DNA of 64,000 nt from Macrostomum lignano. Its lineage: Eukaryota. The translations under genes were made by a program, and so were the position numbers. Position 1 is the stretch's first letter; each line of letters begins with the position of its first letter. Of the stretch, positions 1 to 12,619 are shown in pieces. The DNA is taken from assembly GCA_002269645.1 (NCBI GenBank), contig NIVC01001753.1, forward strand, positions 124,001 to 188,000, written 5' to 3'. Below the pieces are notes generated by a model, which worked only from the letters and a program-made list of their open reading frames with translations, searched no databases and was not told the origin of the DNA.

Positions 1-225
1 ATTTTCGTTCTCGCACAGATTGTAATTGGATCTGAGTGCATCTAGCCAACCGGTAGTGTTGTAGGAACAAAAAATGCAGACCGCAGCCTCACCTCCTCAG
101 AGTACAGTCGCTTTCGCGGGTATATAGAGGACCACGCTGGAGCTGAGAAATTTATCAGAACTCTCGCTCCGACACTCAGCATCAGCAGCATCAGTCGCTC
201 TCTTTCTCCGTGAAACTCTGTTAAA

Positions 226-560
226 ATGTCTATTCCACTTGTTGAAAATTACGTGCTGCGCAAGCCTACATTCGATACTGATCGAGAACTGATTGAGATT
301 CGGCGACAAGAAAGGCAAGTATAAGAAAGGTTTCCCCGGCGTGTTTCTAACTCGCATGGAGTGGCAGCAGCTCAAGCAGGCGCGCGGGATTATTGAGTCT
401 CTGCGCATCCTCGACTGCTCTCGTCATGAACGGTTTCAGCTGGGCGAGGGCCGTAAGATCCTGGAAGTAAAAAACAGCCAGATTTGGCTGCATCGCAACC
501 CGGCCGACTCCGACAACGGATGCTGCGATGAGGGCGAGCGCTGGAAATACTCATTAAATT
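226..560 (+). pseudogene. Tandem PC4/Sub1-like protein, decayed copy (11-bp deletion, then interrupted by LINE stubs)
   Basis: ATG at 226 gives MSIPLVENYVLRKPTFDTDRELIEIRR. DNA is closely similar to 15520-15855. ATTCGGCGACAAG versus ATTCGGCGTTTCTACACCGACAAG in the intact copy is an 11-nt deletion causing a frameshift. Confidence 0.75.
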
Positions 561-561
561 G

Positions 562-1286
<725 letters not shown>

Positions 1287-1289
1287 GCC

Positions 1290-1678
1290 GCTATCCGCCG
1301 CGATCGCCGACGCCGCGACGCAGAGCCTACCAACCAGCCGTCACCCACCGACACCACCCGCAATCGACGCGAGCAGGTGTTGGTTAATCAACTCAGAGCG
1401 GGCGTCTCTACCATCTGCGCCGCCACCCGCCAACGTCTCGGTCTCCAAGAGGACGACAAGTGTAGTGACTGCGGCGCGGTGGACACGGCCGACCACCTCC
1501 TCCGCCGCTGCCCAAGAGGTGACGCCGCCAGAGCCCGCTACTTCGGCGTCGAGGACCCCCTATCGGCGCCGACTGGCCGGATCATTGCGTTCGTACGTGC
1601 TGTGGGGCGCCTGAGCCCCCGCCAATATTGACGCCGAAGCGTCAACGGCGTGCCGGGAAACAGAAGAAGAAGAAGAAG
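1290..1678 (+). mobile_element. Second, related LINE 3' stub (CCHC finger, 3' hairpin, (GAA)n tail)
   Basis: VLVNQLRAG...CSDCGAVDTADHLLRRC, stop at 1631. Perfect hairpin TTGACGC-CGAA-GCGTCAA at 1628-1645. Tail GAAACAGAAGAAGAAGAAGAAG at 1657-1678. Confidence 0.8.
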
Positions 1679-2652
1679 CAGCAGCAACAGCAGCAGCAAC
1701 CGCAGCAGCACCAATGATGACGACTTCGTAGGCTGGTGCGGCGGCAGTTATTGCGGTAATAAGTTTTGCCAGCCCAGCAACGGCTGTGGGCTACTGGGGT
1801 CAAGCACTAAAGACTGGGAAGCTGCCACCGCAGCAGCCGCTGCCGTTACCGCCTCCGCAGCCGCCGCCGCCGCACCTATTGTCGAGTCGGACAACAGCAG
1901 CGGCCTGAAGCAGCAGAAGAAAAGCAACGGATTGGGAATCAATCTAGCCCCGCCGCAGCTGAGCACGCCGACGACGACGAAGCAGCCTGCCAAAAATTTT
2001 TGCAACGTTGGTGCCGCGAAACAGATCTGGATGTGGTAAATATTATGACTGCTTGCTGAAAACTTTTTAGCTAATTACATGCAGATTCGAAAACTTTCAA
2101 TGAATTATAGCCGGAAACCTTTTCACCCATTCCCCTTTCTAGCTAGCCGACTATTGTTTTGGCACTCCCTCTGAGGAGAGAGCTTATTACACGGTTGTGC
2201 AGGAGCGGCGTGAGCATGAGGCGGAGCTCCATGAGGAGGTCGCCGAAGAGCTAGATAGACTGTTCCCGGTTCGGGGCTTTGTTAATATTGACAAATTATT
2301 GTTGTGTCTGCACGCATTTTTATTTTCATGCACCTTGTACATATCTTGTTTTTATCTAGTGTTGTGTCTGCACTCAACTTAATTACATGCACCTCGTACT
2401 ATATCTCAACTTTATTATTAAATGTTGTGTATGCACACATACGTTATCTATGCACCTCGTGTTAGTTTTCAAATAAATTGTTTTGTAAAATTTGGACTGT
2501 TAATTGAACATGGTGTTGAGTTTTTACCATTTTTTATTTCGAGCAATGATATTTAGAATGAATGCAAAACTATAACATTCTGTGTGTGTGTAAACACTGC
2601 GACTGATTATAACCAAAAACTCACCAATTCCAGCTACATCAACCTCATCATC

Positions 2653-3110
2653 ATGGTTGCTTTAAAGGTGTCGCTGCTGACTGAAGGTGCTCGCCCGCCG
2701 GTCCGCCAGACGATCGGCTCTGTTGGCTATGATCTCTTTGCCTCTGAGGACGCTGTTGTCCGGGCCCGGTCGGTTGCGCAAGTGCGTCTCGGAATTTCAA
2801 TCCAACCGCCTGATGGGACCTACGCTCGGATTGCCGGCCGGTCTGGGCTGGTGTTGCGCAAGTCAATACAAGTGGGCGCCGGCGTGATCGACCCTGACTA
2901 TACTGGAGAATTGACTGTGGTGATATTTAATCATGGTAGTGCGGACTGGTTTATAACTCGGGGCTACGGTATCGCTCAATTAGTTTTGTAGCGTGTAATG
3001 ATTGCTCCCGTAGTTGCAAGGGATCTCTATAGGGGGAATGGCGAAGAGGAGGAGGCTCCTTCCAGCAGCAACAACTCAACTCGGCTGGGGGGTTTGGGAG
3101 TACAGGCTAT
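2653..3110 (+). pseudogene. dut: Intronless dUTPase with premature stop and frameshift
   Basis: Motifs GYDL, RIAGRSGL, GVIDPDYTGE and IAQLV are present. TAG at 2989-2991 sits where E of L-E-R is expected. Motif V GGFGSTG (3087-3107) lies in a shifted frame. Confidence 0.9.
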
Positions 3111-3644
3111 AATCAAGCCTCAACTGTCCCCAGGCTGTTCTGTTCTCTGTTTCAACTATTGAAATGAAAATATACGTGATCTCCACTTTTCAAATGTAAA
3201 ACTATGACTGCAATCTTTTTCAGTGAGTATCTTGACTCGAAACTCTACTAAAGGTAGTATAGTGTCAGTAATCAGATACATTTAGTTTTGAGTAATTGAA
3301 CATATATATAGAAATATGCATATAGCGTGCTTTGTAAAACTTTAGGTTAATTGACTCATTTGGTAGTAGTAGATGATGGGATTGTACAGCGCGCGCGCGC
3401 ACCGACCCACCTCTGCGCATATACAACTGTACACGTAACAATAAGGGTTTCGAGGGGAATTGTACATATAATCTTGTGGGGTTGACGATTCAAATACGCA
3501 GAGCGGAGGCCGTCGTGTAGATTGGGGATTAATGTATACACTGTACATATAGAAATTGTCATAGAAGTAGATTAGTGCGCAAGTGTACATATAGAAGTAT
3601 GTACTGTACAAGTAGACAATGTAAATATAGAATCTGAGATAGAT

Positions 3645-3720
3645 AGGAATTAATGTACATATGTGAGTACATGGGATTAATGTACATATGCAAGTACATG
3701 GATTAATGTACATATACGAG
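3645..3720. repeat. Short tandem repeat, ~26-bp unit ATTAATGTACATATG..., 3 copies
   Basis: ATTAATGTACATAT at about 3649, 3676 and 3702. Confidence 0.7.
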
Positions 3721-4185
3721 TGCATATTGAAGTATACCATGTATATCACGCTTAGGATAGCGTTTTCATATACTACTTACTTGATTTTCAGATAGTAGTA
3801 TAATTTGCGTTTTTTTGCGTCAAAACATCTAAAAACCCAACAGTTCCTGCACATTACGTAGTGTAATCCCTCTTGAATTTTTTATATTTTCTCTTTCCAA
3901 ATCACTTACAGCAAGTGATTTTCGAAGCCAGAAAGTGTCCACAGATGACATTTGCATGCGCTAATACATTTACTTATAGTGGTTAAAATGCGCATTAACT
4001 CAGTATTAATTCTTGTTGTAGGGGAAATGTGGACTCTGCTGCAGAAATTTCCGTGGGAAAACCACGGGCCTATAGTGTGTTAACATTAGTGGACCTGCAA
4101 AATTGACAACCATACACTACAAGGCTTTTGTTTCAGTGTTGCATGCTAAATAAATGTAAATATTTTTTTAATTTTCCCGTAAATC

Positions 4186-4588
4186 ATGTCTTCTATCTCT
4201 CTATACGAAAACTTTGTGGCGCGGAAGCCCACATTTGAAACCGAGCACGACTTAATTGAGATTCAAAGGCTCCACACAGACGAGGCCGGAGTGTGGAAGG
4301 ACGGCTTCCCTGCAATCTACTTGAGCGAACCAGAGTGGAAGAAGCTCGAGGGTGCGCGCCCTGACCTGGAGGCTGCTGCACGTCTTCACGTGGACAAGCG
4401 GGTCGTGCAGGGCAATTTCAAGGCAGTCGAAGCTTCGCGAGGACGGCGGCTACACAATCGAGTTTACGCCTGAACTGTGGCGCAGGATGTTTGCCTCCCG
4501 TTTGGACAAGCTCTTTAAGCCTGCTCTCGCGCTCCGCCACCTATTAAGCGAGCCAAGACTGAGCCTGGCGCTCTTGATGCCCCTCTAA
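4186..4588 (+). pseudogene. Diverged tandem PC4-like paralogue with frameshift near 4437
   Basis: ENFVARKPTFETEHDLIEIQRLHTDEAGVWKDGFPAIYLSEPEWKKL aligns to the 15512 ORF. The second frame (GGYTIEFTPELWRRMFASRLDKLF) aligns to that ORF's KYSIKLSIKLWTALMDADVDSLF. Confidence 0.65.
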
Positions 4589-5076
4589 TTGCCAATACTG
4601 GGGGAACAATCTGCAGGACGTTCTCGAGGTTGTGGTCTCAAACCCTACCCATCCCCGCCCTGGGAAAATCTGTTTGACCAGCGTTGGTAGTTTCATATTG
4701 GCCCACATCACCTGCCGGGTTTGCCTATGTAACTAATCTGTCCCCTCTCGAGAGAGGTAAACCCATCCTAGCTCTGATACTATACTCTCAATCTCTCTTT
4801 ATCTCTCTCTCTCTCTAAATTAACCTAAATTATTATGATTTACGTTTAGATTATATGCCAATATATATGTTTTTACAATGTGTTTTGCCTACTTTGTGTA
4901 AATATTTATATAAGCAATTTCACCTACTATAAGTAGTTTTCACTAGCCTAATTTTGTGTTAATACGTATCGATGGCTACATATCAGGCATATCAGGGCAG
5001 ATACATATCGGGAGGGTGCGCCAGCGGCATACACATCTATCTATCTATCTATTTATATCTCTCTATCATATCTTAG

Positions 5077-5273
5077 CATGGGCGTAGCCAGGAATTTCCT
5101 ACGGGGGGATACACCAAGGTGAATTTTCTATGGGGGGGATACACCAAGGTAAAAGTGCTATGACAGAGTCACATAGTAGCATGTATGGCAACAAAAGGCA
5201 ACAAAAAAGTTTTGGTCAGGCTCTTCGGGGGGGATACATGATACATCTCCCCTATCCCCTCCCTACGCCCCTG
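5077..5273. mobile_element. hAT-like MITE, 197 bp
   Basis: TIRs CATGGGCGTAG and CTACGCCCCTG match at 10/11. Flanking 8-mers TATCTTAG (5069-5076) and GATCTTAG (5274-5281) are consistent with an 8-bp TSD (7/8). Confidence 0.65.
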
Positions 5274-5462
5274 GATCTTAGATCTATCTATCTATCTATC
5301 TATCTAATCCTACACCTTAAACCTTTATTTCAGTGAGCCTTAACCGCCGACGCCGCCGGCTCGGCACGGAAATCGGACAATGGGGATGCAATTTTTTGTA
5401 TTATAGCCGTCGCAGCTGCGGCCGCAGGTGCAGGTTATTTACTCCGCTGCAATCTCCAAATG

Positions 5463-6953
5463 ATTTCCCCCCCCTGACATTTTTTTTTGCTGCGCCGGAA
5501 CGGAGCAACGCAGGCACACGAAATTCAAGAACACGGGCTAACTTTTTGTTGCGCACCTTCTCAAACAAGAATCAAGTCGCCAGCCCTTCGGACCGTCGAG
5601 ATATTCGACGATTCTGCCAGAAGGTCGGATTTTTCCCATAAGTGCTAGTGTATTCAGTGCACCCCTGTGCGCCAATTAGCACTACGCCTCAGTGCAGCCT
5701 TGCCAAGTCTCCAAATTTCATCAGCACGTTGAACACATGTGTCTGCATCAGCTGTGACTTCGTTGGTCACTAGCCTTCACCCAAGTGGAGCTTCTGGACC
5801 CTCAAAAGCTGTGGCACCAGGTGACTATGGACACTCTGATGCGGATTTCTCTAGTTTCGCCGATCAAGCCTCGACAGTGGGCAAGAATCAACCGCCAGAC
5901 ATTCTCAGCTAGTCTCTCAAGCATTCCGTCATCACCCCGACGCCGTCGGCACCTTCAACAGGTGGCACCAGGGGAGTAAGGACACCTGAGTGTGATTTTT
6001 CATCATGCTCTTAACATTTCTGAATCATTAAAAAAAAGATTGAATTTACTGGCTTCTTAAAAGCATAACCCTTTCTGGATAAAAATTGGGTTCAATATTA
6101 TAGTTGAATAAACTAAACAGCTTTTAGAATAAAATATGTATGTAGCTCGTATGCATAAAAGTATGTGTAATAATAATATAAATATACAGCAACATACGTT
6201 CAAGCTTAACTACAGCAATGTCCGTGCTTTAAAAATTTTGAGAGCTTCAGAAATGTTCAGATGAAAAATCACGCTCAGGTGTCCTTACTCCCCTGGTGCC
6301 ACCTGTTGAAGGTGCCGACGGCGTCGGGGTGATGACTGAATGCTTGACTGACTAGCTGAGGATGTCCAGCAGTTGAGGTTTGCCCATTATTGAAGCTTGA
6401 TAAGAAAAACCTGACATATTTGCAACAGGATGTTCATAGTCACCTGTTGTAATCTGTTGAAGGAGCCGACGGCGTCGGGATGATGACGGAATGCTTGAGA
6501 GACTAGCTGAGAATGTCTGGCGGTTGATTCTTGCCCACTGTCGAGGCTTGATCGGCGAAACTAGAGAAATCCGCATCAGAGTGTCCATAGTCACCTGGTG
6601 CCACAGCTGTTGAGGGTCCAGAAGCTCCACTTGGGTGAAGGCTAGTGACCAACGAAGTCACAGCTGATGCAGACACATGTGTTCAACGTGCTGATGAAAT
6701 TTGGAGACTTGGCAAGGCTGCACTGAGGCGTAGTGCTAATTGGCGCATAGGGGTGCACTGAATACACTAGCACTTATGGGAAAAATCCGATCTTCTGGCA
6801 GAATCGTCGAATATCTCGACGGTCCGAAGGGCTGGCGACTTGATTCTTGTTTGAGAAGGTGCGCAACAAAAAGTTAGCCCGTGTTCTTGAATTTCGTGTG
6901 CCTGCGTTGCTCCGTTCCGGCGCAGCGAAAAAAATTGTCGGGGGGGGGAATTT
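5463..6953. repeat. Foldback: ~560-bp inverted arms, ~220-bp AT-rich spacer, right arm with an extra diverged ~155-bp unit
   Basis: 5480-6024 is the reverse complement of 6247-6935. Mirror ORFs 5785+ and 6352- share the first 50 aa. Confidence 0.9.
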
Positions 6954-8235
6954 CCCCCCCCCCTCTTGGTAGTTCTACTGTTAAATAACCTCAAAAAGAC
7001 TCAGAAAATTTTAACTTGGAGTGTTGTCAATTAAGCTCCCAGCCAAACATTGGCTACACAAAACTGAAAAAAATATTTGTACTCAATTGTGCGGCGCTAT
7101 GACGGTCCTGCAGCCAGGCTCCAGCTTCACCTGCATAAAATTCTTTTTACTTTGATAAAAAGTATTGTATTGTTTGTATTGTTTGTAATTTTCAATGTTC
7201 TTTTCTCGAAAATTAAAAAAATTGGGGTCTTGAATGACTCCTGATACGAAAGGCAGTATGGGGAGCAAGTATAACGCGCAGCAGGTGGCCTTTTTACTGC
7301 CTGTATCCTATTATTCTGAATTGGGTTTTGCTTGCAAGGGGGGATTGTGTCACGGTTAGACTTCTGCAATTTATTAAGATCTTTTCTTTTGTTCTTTGTG
7401 GGTGCCTGGTTCTTCTTTCTTGTAATGCAGAAATAGTTAGATCGAGAAAGAGTTTTTCAGCAACTTGGTTGATCGGTGTGGGGTTTTTTCTTTCTCGTTC
7501 TTTGTGGGTGCGCTGCAGTTGGAATTCCCGTAGAATACCCTACCATTTGGTTCGGTACCTTAGTATTTGATTTTTAATAGAAAAATAGGGTACGTGCGTA
7601 ATACAATTTCTGACGGGTACCTTATTACGTATTTTGCAATGAAAAAATGGGGTATGGACGTAATTTTCCATTACTACTCTCTATCAGTCGTGACTAAGGG
7701 GTAGCGGGCATCCAAGGTTACAAGGTAGCTGGCGTAAGAGGCCTTCAGAAGCCACCAAAAATGACCAGTTACAGTTGGGCTAGAACCAAATATTATCCTT
7801 GGGGTAGACGCTAAGGCTGCACTATTATAAAATCATGTATAAGCATGACCAATCTATTTCAAATATCTAGGCATTGCAAGAGATGGCGCAAGACTAGCAA
7901 GAGCTCTAGCTAGCTATTGCCATCTAACTTTTATTCGCTAATCGATTTAACGATTATTGTGCTATTGCAATGCAGAGTTGCAAAAGGTTGATCCCAAATA
8001 AGAAAAGCATAACTCAAGAAAACGCAAAAGTGAGGAAGGAAGTCCGTTAGATAAATGGATGCAACTTATGACATGAGACCTGTACCAGCAGTATAGGCCT
8101 AGTTCAAACTTGTGTGCAACATATGTAAGCAGTATCTTATTGACTACACAACTAAAATTGGTAGTCCTAAAATTAGGACACTTGGGAATAGGATAACATT
8201 TCTAATTCTACAGTAGTATAGGGCGAATGGGTCCC

Positions 8236-8362
8236 TGGACATTTCGGTGACAAGACGTTTCGGTGACAGCCTTTTCGGTGACAATTTAGGACATTTCGGT
8301 GACAGCCTTTTCGGTGACAATTTAGGACATTTCGGTGACAAATTTAGACAATTCGGTGACAC
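8236..8362. repeat. Cluster of about 8 TTCGGTGACA motifs
   Basis: Directly visible with irregular 14-21-bp spacing. Confidence 0.85.
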
Positions 8363-8715
8363 TTTTGAAAAATATAGGTCAATTGTCTGTAAGATAATAT
8401 ACTCATGAACAGGAGTTAATACTAAAAACTCGTCATATTTTATTGTTTAATGTTGATTTCGTCACTGACATACTGACTTTGTTATATCTATACACTTAAT
8501 TGGGTCCTGCACTTGTTCAGATAAAAGGTCAGTCGGCCGAGGCGACACACGGCAAGCCGCTTATTTTACACACTGCATCATTATGCGACATAATATACAT
8601 TGATATACCTGTATCCAGGGCAACATGTAGCATATTTTTACTGCACGATTGATGCAAACAAAAGTTGTGGTTGTAAAAGTTGTTGTCTATGATGATGACT
8701 ATGGCTATGATCACG

Positions 8716-9526
8716 TTATGACGACGCGGGTTTACATGTAAATGGGCTACTAAAAAGCAAAGCAGCGGCATTTCCGCGATTTTCCTCCGGGGCGGGCCGA
8801 ATACGGATACTCACCGAATACAGATTGGCAGCAATCTGAAGCTCCCCAGTCAGCTTTGTCTGCATTGGGGAGTCGGCCTTGATCGTTTGCCACGTATGCT
8901 TAGTAATGACCTTGACCTGCAGATCCGCGTAGACCTTGGCCACCACAAGCGCCCGAATTAAACAGCGCTTGTCTTTGTTGGCGATGACAACGTAATTGCG
9001 TCCCCCAATCGAATGGCGGGTCTGAATGTGCTTTTCCACCGCATCTAGGCTGCCGCAGCCGCCCCGTGGGACCCAGGCCTTGAGCAAAAAAAATTTAAAG
9101 TTGTTGCCCAAGACACTGGAGTCCGACTGCAGAACCTTGTTAATATGCTTGAATATTAACTCAGCTGTGAAGCGGGCGGCGCGGACCGGCGGGACATTGA
9201 CGGTCAACATCATGTTGTCCGCCGTCAGCTTAGCTGAGATGAAATCGTTTGCGTGCAAGTCACTGCAGAGTGCCGAAATTATATCCGCAAACGTGGTGCG
9301 AATATCGGTAGTATTTGTGAAGGCTACAACATATTCGTAGCCTTTAGCTTTAAATTTAGGCAGGGTCTTTGCCCCGCCAAGGTGCGCAATGAAGCCTGAA
9401 AAAATTGAGGGTTTTGAACTTAGAATTGCGAGAGGCGGCGGGTGAATGACTCATTAAATAAAATAAACTCCTTACCATCGCCTTCGACAGTGTCGGGCCG
9501 GGGCGGGGGTTGAAATTGAGCCAAAT
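8716..9526 (-). CDS. Polinton/Maverick-type protein-primed PolB N-terminal (terminal-protein-region) domain; no polymerase core seen; apparently spliced
   Basis: Frame is open from about 9450: KFKAKGYEY...TAELIFKHINKVLQSDS...VPRGG...IANKDKRCLIRALVVAK, matching the VLQS / P-x-GG / I-x-N-x-D-x-x-CL-x-RALVVAK pattern of Polinton pPolB N-termini. Candidate 80-nt GTAAGG...TTTTTTCAG intron at 9475-9396 keeps the frame. Confidence 0.62.
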
Positions 9527-10420
9527 CTGCAATAGAAATGTGCATAGCGACTAAAATTCTGACCGCTTTGAATTTTTAAAACGGTCAAAAACTTGATTTA
9601 TTGCCCTGCAGCAGCAGCAACTTAATCGCCCACCCCCAAGCAACAAAAATCGGCAAGTTGTAAAAACCCCAACTCGCAAAAGAAACAAAAGGAATGTGGG
9701 GTTGATTGACCCCGCTTTGAATTTTAGGCTGTCAAAAATGTTTGATGACCCTCTTGATGACACAGATCCTGCTGCAGCCGCCATTGTAAAATTTAAGAAA
9801 ACCCCCTATCAGCACGGTCTCTATTGTTTCGTACCCCTCCTTGACACCTAGCAACGATACCACGCGGCCGCTTTTGGATTTTTAAAGCTGTCATAAATGT
9901 CTGATTAATAACCCTCACTGTAGCAGCCAAGTTTTATTGCTGCCAAACCCCTACTATTAATTGCAGCGGTGATTACATTATCATGCTGAGCCCAGAAAAT
10001 CGGGGTTGATTTTTTTACTGCCAGAAAGCCTGCATGCTCGCTGAGTCACGTTTGCGCCAGCCACCGCAGGATTGCTGTTTTTGCTTCTCTTTCTCTAGTT
10101 CAAGGATTAGTCATATAGAATTTTTTGACTATCCTCTACAGGCATTATCCAATTATACGATTCCTATACTGCGGATATTCTCCAAAACTCTGTTATTTCA
10201 ATGGGACTGAATTGAGAAATTCAGATAAATCTAAAGCAAAAGCAGTTTCTTCCCTTTACTTCAATACGATATCTATGTCAGGAGGACGGCCTGACTTTAG
10301 AAATTTTAAGCCAAAAGGAATGTTAAAGATGAAAAGCAGTGGTTTCAAAGAAAGCCCATATTTCAATAAGCGTGAAGTTTGCAAATCACATCCAATATAC
10401 TAAAAATCAAAACTTCCTTC

Positions 10421-11168
10421 CTATATACTAAAAATGAAAATCTTGCTTGCTTGCTTGCTTGTAATCGATTAGAGAAAAAATGGCTTAACCGATTTTCATG
10501 AGACTTGCACTGTTCGATCAGAAATTTTCCCGTGACGGTACATGCATCGTGGCTAAGAAATTGCTCGATGCTAAAGGCATTAAATATTCGAAAAACATGC
10601 TTTTTTGCAAAGGTCAAGCAAACTTTTCGACTTGAAATGCATTGTAAGAATGCTAGAGAAAAAACTGACTCGTTGAATTCTGATTCTGAAATAGATTGCA
10701 TCATAACTGAATTGTAACTCCAACTTGAATTTCGTCACAGTATTGAAAATGCAGTGTGGAAGCGTAGCACCAGACTTGATTTAGATTGCGTAATCCTATA
10801 TACTAAAAATGAAAATCTTGCTTGCTTGCTTGCTTGTAATCGATTAGAGAAAAAATGGCTTAACCGATTTTCATGAGACTTGCACTGTTCGATCAGAAAT
10901 TTTCCCGTGACGGTACATGCATCGTGGCTAAGAAATTGCTCGATGCTAAAGGCATTAAATATTCGAAAAACATGCTTTTTTGCAAAGGTCAAGCAAACTT
11001 TTCGACTTGAAATGCATTGTAAGAATGCTAGAGAAAAAACTGACTCGTTGAATTCTGATTCTGAAATAGATTGCATCATAACTGAATTGTAACTCCAACT
11101 TGAATTTCGTCACAGTATTGAAAATGCAGTGTGGAAGCGTAGCACCAGACTTGATTTAGATTGCGTAA
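10421..11168. repeat. Exact tandem duplication, 375-bp unit x2
   Basis: Identical ORFs 10505 and 10880 are offset by 375 bp. Confidence 0.95.
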
Positions 11169-11349
11169 CCATATTGTCAACTTTAATTGAGACTGATACT
11201 TAAGTGCTACAATTTCATTTATAAATTCGATAATAGCTAGCCTAGATGTGAACAGACTGGACTGCAAATGCAGCGACCTGGGTTCGAATCATAGTAGTGA
11301 AAAGTTTTTTTATTAAAAGCTTTTATTAAAGGACAAATAAAGGACAAAA

Positions 11350-12580
11350 GGCGTCATGTAAAAAAGCATAGAAGCGTCATGTAAAAAATCATGGAAGCGT
11401 CATGTAAAAAATCATAGAAGCGTCATGTAAACAATCATAGAAGCGTCATGTAAACAATCATAGAAGCGTCATGTAAAAAATCATAGAAGCGTCATGTAAA
11501 CAATCATAGAAGCGTCATGTAAACAATCATAGAATCGTCATGTAAACAATCATAGAAGCGTCATGTAAAAATCATAGAAGCGTCATGTAAACAATCATAG
11601 AAGCGTCATGTAAGCAATCATAGAAGCGTCATGGAAAAAATCATAAAAGCGTCATGGAAAAAATCATAGAATCGTCATGGAAAAAATCATAGAAGCGTCA
11701 TGTAAAAAATCATAGAAGCGTCTTGTAAACAATTATAGAATCGTCATGTAAAAAATCATAGAAGCGTCATGTAAAAAATCTTAGAAGCGTCATGTAAACA
11801 ATCATAGAATCGTCATGTAAACAATCATAGAAGCGTCATGTAAAAAATCATAGAAGCGTCATGTAAACAATCATAGAAGCGTCATGTAAAAATCATAGAA
11901 GCGTCATGTAAACAATCATAGAAGCATCATGTAAACAATCATAGAAGCGTCATGCAAACAATCATAGAAGCGTCATGTAAAAAATCATAGAAGCGTCATG
12001 TAAACAATCATAGAAGCGTCATGTAAACAATCATAGAAGCGTCATGTAAACAATCATAGAAGAGTCATGTAAACAATCATAGAAGCGTCATGTAAACAAT
12101 CATAGAAGCGTCATGTAAAAAAATCATAGAAGCGTCATGTAAAAATCAAAGAAGCGTCATGTAAACAATCATAGAAGCGTCATGTAAACAATCATAGAAG
12201 CGTCATGTAAAAAATCATAGAAGCGTCATGTAAACAATCATAGAAGCATCATGTAAAAATCATAGAAGCGTCATGTAAACAATCATAGAAGCGTCATGTA
12301 AACAAGCATAGAAGCGTCATGTAAAAAATCATAAAAGCGTCATGTAAAAAATCATAAAAGCGTCATTTAAAAAATCATAGTTGCGTCATGTAAAAATCAT
12401 AGAAGCGTCATGCAAACAATAATAGAAGCGTCATGGTAAAATCATAGAAGCGTCATGCAGACAATCATAGAAGCCTCATATAAAAACTAATGAAAGTGTC
12501 ATTTAAAAAATTAAGAAGAATAATGGAAGAATAAAAGAAGCGTCATGTAAAAATCAAAAGAAGCGCCATGTCAGACATGA
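11350..12580. repeat. 23-bp satellite (GCGTCATGTAAACAATCATAGAA)n, about 50 copies
   Basis: Directly visible. A few more units occur at 13910-13990. Confidence 0.97.
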
Positions 12581-12619
12581 AAGGTGTCATATAAAAATTA
12601 AATGAAGCTATAGTACAGT

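Noticed and set aside
8716-9530. Complete Polinton/Maverick element
   Set aside because: No polymerase core, RVE integrase, packaging ATPase, protease, capsid genes or (AG)n-type long TIRs were found in the window.
10363-11092. Duplicated 113/114-aa and 70-aa ORFs
   Set aside because: They overlap on opposite strands with non-ATG starts and have no recognisable motif. They arise from the 375-bp duplication.
11350-12580. CRISPR-like array
   Set aside because: Units are contiguous 23-mers with no unique spacers, in a eukaryotic context. It is a satellite.
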